A DNA stretch of 64,000 bases, from the NCBI GenBank assembly GCA_976551045.1, contig CDPCPM010000091.1, positions 11,408,001 through 11,472,000 on the forward strand. Direction: 5' to 3'. This document shows, one piece after another, positions 22,573-33,922 of the stretch. The notes beneath the pieces are model-generated. The model ran no database searches and was not told the origin of the DNA. It worked only from the letters and a program-made list of their open reading frames with translations. The stretch's first letter is position 1. Each line of letters starts with the position of its first letter. The translations under genes were made by a program, and so were the position numbers. Origin of the DNA: Glaucostegus cemiculus. Its lineage: Eukaryota.

Positions 22573-24859
22573 ATTCAGTAAAAGTTTGTTCAAGTGACAT
22601 CAAACAGGAACTTATATCTTTTGACATCAATGTTGACTCCCAGCAGCCTTGCTCACTGATGTGCCAGCAACAATGTCAACTTGCATTCTACTGATCAAAA
22701 AATGGCCCTTTGAACCCACAAGTTAGGGGGCTCCTATCTTATTCACCTGGCCAGCTGTAAGCATCCAGGTTTACATTATTTTCTCAGTATTCCAGGTCAG
22801 TGAAATGCAGGAACATGTATCTCAGTGATTTTTTTTTCATTTGGGCTTGCAGTAAAAACAATGAAGCTGCCCATCTGTTTCACAACGTTCTCACACATGA
22901 CCTGATGAAACTTTCAGTGTCGTCGTGCTGCATAATAAATTAAGTCTAACCAATGTTAAGCCTGTCGTCTTCTGTGGACTCACTGGCATTTATCTATTTC
23001 TCTCTTCTCTCTTTCTCTCTCTTTTTCCCTAACCATCTGCTTCTGCATTAAGTTCTAATCCCTCTATTCCTGGTGCCCATGCACAAATGTACCCAACAGT
23101 CATTTAAAATCTTGGTTGTAGTCTCCATCAGCCAATAAATTGACTGTAGTCTGTAGTCCCCATCAGCCAATAAATTGCTCCCATGTATTGAGAGAACATA
23201 TACATGACAATGAGACTTAAATTTTTTATGAACAAATACCATCTCACACTTCAGTGAAGATCTGATCATTTTATTTTTGTGCTTCAATTATTTTTCATGC
23301 TTAAAAATGCACACAAAGATTTAAAAGGGCTGAGCAGCAAGTTGACGAACCAATGTACGGTAGCAGTTGTCACTCTTATTGATTAGACTAGTGTGATTCT
23401 TCATCTATAACCAACTGAGAGACTTTGTTTAACATGTGATCAATAAACTGCTTGCTTTTTTCAAAACATTCCAAAGAACAGCAAGTAAAAACTGACAGTT
23501 TATGTTGAATATCCTTTCAGAACATGTTGTCAAATGCTTGATTATTAACAATAATATTCTTTCTCATCTTGGAATATGATTTTTTTATGAGAATGTAAAT
23601 TTAGGAGTCAAAGACCCTACATCACAAGTTTTTGTGCCTCTAGAAGTGTTTTTGTATAGTAATCAAAGGAAATTTTTTTGCTGAGTCCCAGGGTTTTTAC
23701 ATTCTAAGGAAAGTCATCCTTGTCTTTCCAAAATGCAAACTGAGTTTTCCAGCAATGCTCTGAATAGGGGTAGTGTTTTAAAAGAAGGCAACTCACTGTC
23801 ACTTCTTCATGGAAAATTAAGGATGGGTAATAAATCTTACTGGCAACATCTACATTATGGCACTTCCATTCAAATCTACAGCCCTTGGAGCAAAAACAAA
23901 GATTACACAGGGGAGTGGTGAGAATGAGAGAAAGAATTATGGTTTCAAAAGCATTAGGGTTTGAGATGAGGGTTTGGTCAAGTAGGTCAGTGGCTGTAGA
24001 AACGTTATGGAAATGAGAGGGCCAAAGGTCACACTGCTCAAATATTGAAAATGCAGCCTTAAATGAATTGGGCAAGTGCTTCTTCCAGAAATAGACGCAG
24101 AGGAAGTAGGAGAAACAAACATCTTTTTCATGAATACTGATCCTCTTTAAATTATGCTGGAAATATCTATAGATCTGTTGGTTCAATCACTTCCTTAGTA
24201 ACTGGTCTCGGGTCAGGTTGCCCTTGACATGTCACCAGCATTAAATACAAATGCCAATAAATGGCATCAACCTACTGGAAGAATGCTTTGAGTACCATGT
24301 GTACCTCTGTTCAGATATCCTCATGATTGTTCCTTATGATTTTTCCCCAGAAAACACAGACTAAGGCCGATCATAATTTGAAACTGTGTTCTTTAAGCCT
24401 TTAATTATGTTAGATTGTTTAAATAATTCTCCTAAAAGACACCATTTGATACCAGTTCTTGATTTACTAAGATTTATTACTTCTGTTTGTTTATTGGATA
24501 TGGCTTCAATAATGAAATACTGAATTCTAATACAATTGCCATTATGATATGGATCCTTAGTGTAAACATTGTACATTTCATTACTGGTATCACATTGTAA
24601 CTGAGTCTGGTCATATATCGAAATGTCTTAGATATCGACCTTAAATCCAACATATATAGATGTAGAATAATAGTGAGCCACCATCCAATAAATCTCACAA
24701 GGAACTGAACCACCTGTATTTACAAAGAAAAAGAAATTGGGTCTAAAATATTTTTCCAGCTCTTAACTGTGGAATCCAAAATGAGATCTATAATTATAAT
24801 ATAAATGAATAACTATTGTGCAAGATGAAGTATTGTCTCCTTCATAATTATTGAAGATG

Positions 24860-25010
24860 AACAACGTTGCTGGAGGTATGTCTTTCAGGTGGAATAATGA
24901 ACCAAAGCTCCATCTGCTCTCACAGGTGGGTGTAAAACAACCCATTGCACTAGCAGGTGAACCACTCTCTCTGAAACTTCTCTCAGCCAACATTACAAGA
25001 ACAGATTGGG
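24860..25010 (+). mobile_element. DeuSINE-like core fragment
   Basis: ggaggtatgtctttcaggt...ctcacaggtgggtgtaaaacaacccattgcacta resembles the Deu domain of AmnSINE1/SacSINE1 as I recall it. Confidence 0.55.
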
Positions 25011-25149
25011 CCAGTCAGCATTAACAGCAAATCAATGGTTCCCTCAAGAGTCACCAGCCAACTGTTTGAGTCAGTACGTTCTGAAATTCTGAACGGCTAC
25101 CCTCACCTGCGGGCATCTAAGTGGGAGAGATGCAGCAAGAAAGGCAAGA

Positions 25150-25405
25150 GGAACAAAAGCTGCATGCCTTAACATCATTGATTTCAGGAAACTAAGTCCA
25201 GCTGCAAGATTTACTCATCACTGAACACAGGGACTCAAACCACCTGCGACATTGACTCACCAATGTGTCCAGGGGACTGAGTCCAACTGCATCCTCAACT
25301 TATCATTAAATCTAAGGAACTCAGTCCAACTGCAATGTTAACACAAATTGACGGATCATTGGGTCCAACTGCAACCATTGATTCCTCATTGAGTCCAGGG
25401 TGCTC
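25150..25405. repeat. Degenerate tandem repeat, ~6 units of 41-43 bp
   Basis: Units start near 25186, 25229, 25271, 25314 and 25355, with consensus ~AGGGACTGAGTCCAACTGCAACATTGACTCATCATTGAGTCC. Confidence 0.75.
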
Positions 25406-26794
25406 CGTATCATCCTGAGCTTAGGAGCTTCATATCTAGCCCCTCAGTTCTATAGCAGCCATTACTGGCGCATCTGGCATGGCCCCATTAATGTGAATGT
25501 GGTTGGCAACCGTCACAAGAAGGGTAAGTGACGGTAACTGGCTTGCATATTTTTTTTTAATTTTAATTAATAATAATGGTTAACAATTTCTAAAGCTTAG
25601 AGGTATCTTAATTAATGTATTAATTTCATTTTTTGTTAATAAATGTTATTTATTAAATTATTTACGTGTTTCTCCACTACTCCAAATGATCTGACATCCG
25701 GAGCCATTAAAAAACAATGGAAAGGGACTTTGACAGCACAAGTTGACAGAAGGTCATCAGGGCAATGCCTGGGTGTGGCCTTCATTTCTGCTGCCTATGA
25801 CTTAGTTGCTGCCTAGGCCCCCTGTGCTTCCAGGATTGTGGCTGGGAGAAGGTTAAGAGCTACATAATTGCCAAAGTATTGTCTTGGTTAGTAAGTTCTT
25901 CCCCCTGTGACAGGAACACAGATAGCTTATCTTCAACTTACCGTGCCCAACCCCTGCAATTTGCACAATTGAAATCAGGAATGGGAAATGGCAGGTCATA
26001 AAGATGCCCATCAGAATGTCTCAGAAACTTCCCCTGAACAAACTATTGGCTGGAACTTGATGTTGATGACTAAAAGGTACAATCATGGAATTACATCATT
26101 TGACTATGGATCTGGACTAGTCTCATTACTTTCTGAGCCAGTGCAATCAGAGTTGAGATATAACAATCACGTGGCTGTCCCATAGCTCCTCGGCACCTGT
26201 TACACTAGCCAAGTTTGCTGAGAGAAAATTGCATTAATACCAACTTGTCAGAGGTAATCAAAAGGAACTGTGCAAAGTATACAGCCATGTTAAATGTTGA
26301 CTGAATTTGCACTCTGCAATTTTGCAGTGTTATTTCCTCACTATATTTGCAACTAATCTCTACATATCTCTGCAGTTTCAGCAGTTTGCAGCCTTCCTTT
26401 CCAAATGCCATTGGATTTCACCCACCACCTTGCTATTACAGGAGTTCTTGCCATCTCTAAAGTCATGATCACCAATCTGACAAATTCTGATCACTTCTCT
26501 ACTATTTCACAAGGAACTTCCTGAAGAACAAAGTGTCATGTGAGTTTCCCAGATGTAGAACTTAAATCACGTGGAATTTCTAATCAGAGCAACTGAACAT
26601 CTGGGGAGATCCCTTGAGATAGCTTTGAAGCACTGTTTAATATCAGGGGGAAAGCTTGGAATGTTACGTGAGAACAGCACATAATTCTGCAAACCTTCAG
26701 TAAACCTGCAATCCTGGCACATGCAAGTTCTAAACCCTCCTGCTTTCTATTCAGTGAGAGGGAAAGGAATTCACTTCAAGAGGAAAGAGCACAA

Positions 26795-27010
26795 TAGAGT
26801 CAGACAACACTGAAACAGGCCCTTTGCCCATTCAAGTCTGTGTCATCCAACAATAACCCGTTTACACCAATCCCATTTTATACTCCGTACATTCCCATCA
26901 ACTCCCCCCTGGATTCTACCACTTACCTTCACAGCAGAAACAATTTACAATGGCCAATCAACCTACCAACCTGTAAATCTTTGGTTTGTGGGAAGAAACT
27001 GGAGCATCTG
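26795..27010 (-). mobile_element. Old V-SINE (HE1-like), 3' part
   Basis: caatttacaatggccaatcaacctaccaacc...gtgggaagaaactggagca is the reverse complement of the V core. Confidence 0.75.
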
Positions 27011-28489
27011 GTCCACTTGGGAACGGCTTAAGTTCATACGGCAGGGTGATGGGAACTGGAGCAGTCATTCAGCAGGCAGAGTGATTGAGGAGAAGGTAGC
27101 AGTTAAGTCAAGTAAGGCAAATAGTAAAAACAAGCAGGGCCAGGATAATGACTACAGCAGGAATGATGGTCTGATGTGCATTTATTTCAATACAAGGAGT
27201 ATAATGAGTAAGGCAAATAATCTTGGAGCTTTGGTTAGTACCTGGAATTACAATGTTGTAGCCATTATAAAGACCCAGCTGAGAAAAGGACTGGCAACAC
27301 AATACTCCAGGATACAGATGTTTTAGACGTGACAGAGCAGTATGTAAAGGAATGGGGGAAGTACAGTACTGACTAGAGAGGATGTCACATCTGCAGTAAG
27401 AGAGGACATCTTGTTTAAGAAGGGCAACCAGGACAAGCAAGGAAATGATAGGCCGGTGAAACTTACATCAATGACAGATAATTGATTGGCGAAGATTCTT
27501 AGGGACAGGATTTAGTTGCATTTGGAAAGGCATGGACTCTTCAGGAATAGTCGGCATGGCTTTGTGTGGCAAGGTCCTGTCTTGTAAATTTGATTGAGTT
27601 TTTTCAGGAGGTGACACTGATGATTGATGAGGTTTGGATAATGGACGTTGTCAACACGGACTTCAGTAAAGCACTTGGCAAGGTCCCTCATGGTAGGCTG
27701 GTCCAGAAGATTAAGTCACCTGGGATCCATAGTGAGTTGGTAAATTGGATCCAAAATGGGCTTGGTCAGAGAAGACAGAGGGTAGTGGTAGAGGGGAGCT
27801 TTTCTGGTTGAAAGCGTGTGACTAGTGTTCCACAAAGGTCAGTGCTGGGACCTCTGTTGTTTTATACATATATTAATGATTTGGATGAAAATTGATAGAG
27901 TTGTGGATAATGAGGAAGATTGTCAAAGGATACAGTGGGGTATTGATCATTTAGAAATTTGGGCATAGAAAGGGCAGATGAAGCTTAATCAGAAGAAGTA
28001 GACAACCTGCATCACAGGTAGACAGAGTGGTGAAGAAGGCATTTAGCACGCTGGCTTTCATCAGTCAGGACATTGAGAATAGGAGGTGGGATGTTGTGAT
28101 GCAGTCAAATAAGTTGTTGGTGAGGCTGCATTTGGAGGACTGTGTACAGTTTTGGTCATCCTATTATAAGGAAGACATGGTTAAACTGGAAAGAGTGTAG
28201 AAAAGATTTACGAGGATATTGCCAGGACCAGAGGGCCTGAGTTATAGGGAGAGGTTGCCCAGGCTAGGTCTATATTCTTTAGAACATAGGAGAATGAGGG
28301 GCGACCTTATAAAAATGTTTAAAATTATGAGAGGCATCGATAAGGTAGACAGTAAGTCTTTTCCCCAGGGTAGGGAAGTTCAGAACTAGGGGGCATAGAT
28401 TTTGGGTGAGAGTGAAAAGATTTAAGAGAGACCTGAGGGATAACTTTTTCACGTAGGGGATGGTGAGTATGTGGAACGAGCTGCCAGAA

Positions 28490-28744
28490 GGCGGCACGAT
28501 AGCGTAGCGGTTAGCGCGACGCTGTTACAGCGCCAGCGATCGGGGTTCGATTCCCGTCGCTGACTGTAAGCAGTTTGTACGTTCTTCCGTGTCTGCGTGG
28601 GTTTCCTCCGGGTGCTCTGGTTAGAATCCACATTCTAAATACGTACGGATAGGTTAATTTGGGGGTTTAAAATGTGCGGCGCGGACTCGTTGGGCCGAAA
28701 GGGCCTGTTACCGCGCTGTAAATAACATTTAAAGTTTAAATTTA
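28490..28744 (+). mobile_element. Young tRNA-derived V-SINE, family A
   Basis: A box TAGCGTAGCGG (28500-28510), B box GGTTCGATTCC (28544-28554), V core, and CR1-like tail gggccgaaagggcctgttaccgcgctgtaaataa. CpG-rich. Confidence 0.93.
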
Positions 28745-28838
28745 AAGTGGTTGAGGCAGGTTATTATTAATAGTATTATTTAAGAAGCACTTGGATAGGC
28801 ACATGGAGGGGGGGGCTTGGATGGCTATGGGCCAAATA

Positions 28839-29090
28839 ACTTAAATAAATTTTATTTACAGCGTGGTAACAGGCCCTTTCGGCCCAATGAGTCCGCGCTG
28901 CCCATTTTTTAAACCCCCAAATTAGCCTACCCATACATCTTTCAGAATGTGGGAGGAAACCAGAGCACCCGGAGGAAACCCACGCAGACACGGGTGAACA
29001 TACAAACTCCTTACAGTCAGCGACGGGAATCGAACCCCGATCGCTGGCGCTGTAACAGCGTCGCGCTAACCGCTACGCTATCGTGCCGCC
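28839..29090 (-). mobile_element. Young V-SINE, family A
   Basis: Near-identical reverse complement of 28490-28744. Confidence 0.93.
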
Positions 29091-29159
29091 CCCATGCCGG
29101 AACTTGGGATTAGTTGGTGAAGTACCAATGTCAGCATGGACTGGTTGGGCCAAAGGTCA

Positions 29160-29690
29160 GGACCCTCAGGAGTATTGATGTACAGAGGAATCAAGTGGAT
29201 AGGGTGGTGAAGAATGCATATGGCATGCTTACCTTTGTCAGCCAGGACACTAAGTTTAAATAGCAAGTCATGTATCAAACATTGACAGGCCTCATTTGGA
29301 ATACTGAATGCATTTCCAGTCACCACACTACAGGAAGGCTGTGGAGGCTTGGCAGAGGGTGCAGAAGAGATTCACTGGGATGTTACCTGAATTGGAGTGC
29401 AGAGGTTGGACACACTTGAATTGTTTTCTCTGGAGAACTGGAGATTGAGGGACAACCTGATAAAAGTATATACTATTTTGAGAAGCAAGATAGGATAGAT
29501 GATCAGAGTCCTTTTCTCAGGGTGGAAACGGCAAATACCAGTGACGGGGGGGGGAAGATTAAAGGAGAATTGTGAGGCAAGTTTTTTACACAGGAAGTAT
29601 TAGGTGCCTGGAATGCACTGCCATGGGAGGTGGTGAAAGCAGATACAAGAGCGGCGTTTAAGAGACATTTACATAGACATATGTATGTCC
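29160..29690 (+). mobile_element. CR1 3' fragment
   Basis: DRVVKKAYGMLTF..., and ggtgcctggaatgcactgcca (GAWNALP). Confidence 0.78.
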
Positions 29691-31339
29691 TTAATTTTTC
29701 AATCACTTTGTTAAATCAGACATCAATTGCACTCCATGGCACTATTTTAGCTGGTGTCCTGTGAGTGTGCAATACCACTGCCGCTAGTAATGTGGCTTTT
29801 TTTTTTGTTTTTGTTCTTTAGGATTTTTATTTGTAACTTCTGCAATATTATTATCCTGAAGGCCATATGTGATCATCCAAGATAAGTTTCAAATGCCTCC
29901 TGTGTTCTATCATATTTACCAAGTTTCCTAATGGCTACCATTTCAAATTGAGCTGTATTTGCATGTGCCACATCTTACCCCTGTATTGAGGGATCCATCC
30001 TTCTTTTCTGTCATGCTTCTTTCTAAATTGCTGGCTCACCTGTCTCATTTTTATCAATTCAGACACTTACAGTATCCACCCAGATTTCCAGTACGGCGCA
30101 TTTGGGTTTTTATCCTCTACTGTGGGGTATTATATAAACTCACTAGGACAACGAGCATCCAGAAGCAGGTCTTTTTGTTGTGGCAGCCAACTACCAACTG
30201 ACTCAGAAGAAGATGTGCCAAACTACCATGGCATAGTTCTGTAAAAGAAGCAGCTATTACACTTTTATGTACACCAATATAGATGCAACACAAAGTGTAA
30301 GTTGGATAATTAAACCAATGTGATATCAGGTACAGAAAGTGAAGTAAAAGGAAGGGAGAAGGAAGGAATTAAGCAAGTAAAAGTTTTTAAAAAAACTTGA
30401 TCTTTTTAAAACCTCCAGTAATAACAATTCTGAGGAATGAGCCTCCACTCTTAAAAATAGTCATCTTCAATGCCGGGGAGGTTATTTTTAGCAGTAATTA
30501 AAATATATCATATGGTTAAAAAAAATCAGAAGGACTAGCCTTAGTTTTCTCACACGAGTTTAGTTGGTATATTTCACACCCTTCCTTTGAATTTCAGTCC
30601 TGAGTTTAGATATAAGTGTATCACAATCTGGAGGAGCAGGGCAGCTTCCTGACATCCACATCTAAATATTCATCTCCAGTTCCCAGAAATAGCTGGCTGA
30701 TTTATATTTTAATAAGGATGAGTGCTTGACAGTGGTGCTGTTGTTTATGCTGCAAAAACTGGGCCAAAATAAATGTTTAGCCTTTAAATAGATTTTAGTA
30801 TTTAAAACAACTGCGGTCAAAACAGAGACAAAAAGTAACTGGAATCTTAATGTTTATTTGGAGATGGTTTAAGTCTATTCTGCAACATCCATATCTAAGT
30901 TTTGGTTTGATATTGGCTAATGCAAATTGCATCCTGTTTCCCTATTATACTTTGAGGTCATTGATCATATCTTAAGTACCTTCATGTTATTGCGTATCAG
31001 TCGAGAAGTGAAGGTAAATTACTGACTTTTCATTCTGACTGGATATGAGACTTCAAGCTTAATCATTTCAGCAGGGTTACTGAATTCCGAGACAGCAATG
31101 ATTTTGCCCTTTAGACGTATCAGGCTGCAAAGGGAGAAAGTCTGTCAGCTACTAATTGACTGCCATTCTTCCCAACTTCTCACAAACTGAAACTGACATC
31201 ACCATTAATGCCTCCAAACTATCATTATGTTAACTATATTGGATAGCACTGAATCCAGGCACCAGAACTACTGTTATGATTCAAACCTTGGTTACCTCAT
31301 GGTCAATAGCAAAGCCAGCTCACTTCCTCATGTCATTTC

Positions 31340-31462
31340 CTTCAGTCCAGATGAAGGGTCTCGATCCAACTTCCGTTTCCCTGTATAGATGCCACCTGAT
31401 GTGCTGAGTTCCTCCAGCATTTTGTGTGTTGCTCCATATTCCAGCATTTGCAGTCTCTTTTA
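31340..31462 (+). mobile_element. Penelope-like terminus with decayed hammerhead (31343-31372)
   Basis: cagtcCAGATGAagggtctcgatcc then tagatgcc...gctgagttcctccagca...ccagcatttgcagtc. Confidence 0.72.
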
Positions 31463-31784
31463 TTCCAGCTCATTTCCAGTATCAATTACAGTGCATTCTT
31501 GGATTATTACTGCCACAAAATGGCTGACATGTTAATATTGCTTGGGATAAAATCCTACAGAAGATCCACATCAACAAAGTCTATTTTGAGATTATAACCT
31601 TAAGAAACCACTAACCACACCATTTGCTTTGCATTCAGATCAGAATCATGACCGACCTTGGCTTTCAGTGGGACTGCATCTTAAAGGGGCACAAGTGGTG
31701 CTTACGACACTGTGTCTTCTTTTGCAATGTTACCAGAAACTCCGGTACTTTGGCATTATCATGTGGAACATGGCAATAAATTAA

Positions 31785-31915
31785 CTTATGGAGCAAAATA
31801 AGATAGAGGGCTATGGGTAAGCCTAGTAGTTTCTAGTGTAGGGACATGTTCGGCACAGCTTTGTGGGCTGAAGAGCCTGAATTGTGCTGTAGGTGTTCTA
31901 TGTTCTATGTTCTAT
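31785..31915 (+). mobile_element. CR1 extreme 3' end with (TGTTCTA)n tail
   Basis: Same subfamily as 55848-56112. Confidence 0.8.
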
Positions 31916-32859
31916 CACATCCCAAAAAAAAGGAGTGGGAATAGGGCAACCATAGGGTCTGGTCTTCCATTAAATATGAACATGGGTGACGTGATCTCTG
32001 GCCTTAACTCCATATGTTTAATGACTCAGTACTACAAACTCTCTGCAATGAAGAATTACAAAGATTTGCAACTCCCTGAGAGAAAAAAAAAATCCTCCTC
32101 ATCTCACTTAACCCAGTACCCAGTTCATCCAGATCCCAGACATATTTTTGGCCCTTCAGTTGTATCTGCACCTGAATTGCAAAAAGATGCACCAGAGGAG
32201 CCATGAAATTTTGGCTTTATCAAGGAGATAAGGATGATTCCATTTCTTTGGTAGAAATTGTGCTCAGAACAGAGCAGGTGTTGAAGAGAAAACTTGCACA
32301 TTATTGCCCCACTTCTTCAATTTTCAATGGCTAAAAGTCGCATTGTGGAACCATCTCCAATAGATATGTGGGATTTTAAAATGACCTCTATCAAATTGTC
32401 TTGGTATGGTAGTGTACTCAAGGAGCTTGACATTGTTTAATCATTATTAAACAACAGCACATTAATATAGGCATTTGATCTACCAACAAAATACAATTCC
32501 CTGCAGATAAGACAATTGGTTTGTGCTCACTTAGCCTGTTCATTAATCATCCTTCAAGGTTATAGTGAAGTAAAGATAGCACACATCTTGTACAGCAGAA
32601 CAACAGTCTGTGTGATAATTTAGGAATAATATGTTGACATTGTTTTTAGTTCAACCAATTTATTTAAGGAAACCTTCAGTTTAGTTCTTAGTCTCCGATG
32701 AATTGGTTGACTTTAGCCAAGGTGGCGTTAAGGAAAAGGAAATGTCAGGATTCTCATTATCCAATAAGCTTTTGAAAATGCTGGTGTGAAGATGCTTACA
32801 AGCTCAGGATTTGGCACAACTATAATGTTCATGGGGTCAAATAATCTTCTGCCACTCAG

Positions 32860-33922
32860 GAAAATAGACGAGGGAGATTCGGTGGATGTTGTGTACCTCG
32901 ACTTTCAGAAGGCATTTGATAAGGTGCCGCACAGGAGATTGGTGGGTAAAATTAGGGCTCTTGGAATTGGGGGGAGGGTATTAACTTGGATAGAAAACTG
33001 GGTGGCAGATAGGAAACAAAGGGTAGGGGTGAATGGATGTTTCTCAGAATGGCAGGCCGTGACTAGTGGGGTGCCGCAGGGCTCGGTGCTGGGACCGCAG
33101 CTGTTTACGATCTATGTTAATGATTTAGATGAAGGCATTGAGAATAACATTAGCAAGTTTGCTGATGATACAAAGTTGGGTGGCAGTGCGACATGTGTAG
33201 AGGAAGTTAGGAGGAGTCAAGGTGACTTGGATAGGTTGGGTGAGTGGGCAGATACTTGGCAGATGAAGTTTAATGTGGATAAGTGTGAGGTTATCCACTT
33301 TGGGAGCAGGAACAGGAAGGTGGATTATTATCTGAATGGTGTGGAGTTAGGTAAAGGGGAGGTACAAAGGGATCTAGGAGTCCTTGTTCATCAGTCGCTG
33401 AAAGTGAATGAGCAAGTGCAGCAGGCGGTGATGAAGGTTAATGGAATGTTGGCCTGTATTACGAGGGGAATTGAGTACAAGAGCAAAGAGATTCTTTTGC
33501 ATTTGTACAGGGCCCTGGTGAGACCGCTCCTGGAGTATTGCGTACAGTTTTGGTCTCCGGGGTTAAGGGAGGATATCCTGGCTATAGAGGGTGTGCAGCG
33601 TAAGTTTACGAGGTTAATTCCGGGGATGTCGGGACTGTCTTATGCAGAGAGGTTGGATAGACTGGGATTGTACACGCTGGAATTAAGAAGATTGAGAGGG
33701 GATCACATTGAAACATACAAGGTTGTTAAGGGATTGGACAAGATAGAGACAGGAAATATGTTCCAGATGTTGGGGAAGTCCAGGACCAGAGGGCATGATT
33801 TAAGAATAAGGCGTAGGCCATTTAGGACAGAGGTGAGGAAAAACTTCTTCTCCCAGAGGGTTGTGAGTTTGTGGAATGCACTGCCTCAGAGGGCAGTGGA
33901 GGCCAATTCTCTGGGCACTTTC
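32860..33922 (+). mobile_element. Young CR1 ORF2 reverse transcriptase fragment, stop-free, truncated at both ends
   Basis: ORF 32786..34009 has YLDFQKAFDKVPH, GVPQGSVLGP, FADD and QRVVSLWNALP. It lacks the last codons and the 3' UTR. Confidence 0.95.

Larger units (their letters stand above)
27015..29160 (+). mobile_element. Internally deleted CR1 ORF2 (endonuclease, RT, 3' end) carrying two SINE insertions
   Basis: GLMCIYFNTRSIMSKA (APE endonuclease start), SCLVNLIEFF...DFSKALGKVPHGRL (RT), and a C-terminal region. Confidence 0.85.

Noticed and set aside
25150-25405. CRISPR-like array
   Set aside because: Units are contiguous and degenerate with no unique spacers, there are no cas genes, and the context is a vertebrate intron.
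28490-28570. tRNA genes at the SINE heads
   Set aside because: A and B boxes are present, but each head runs into a V-domain and LINE-like tail and is multi-copy. These are SINEs.
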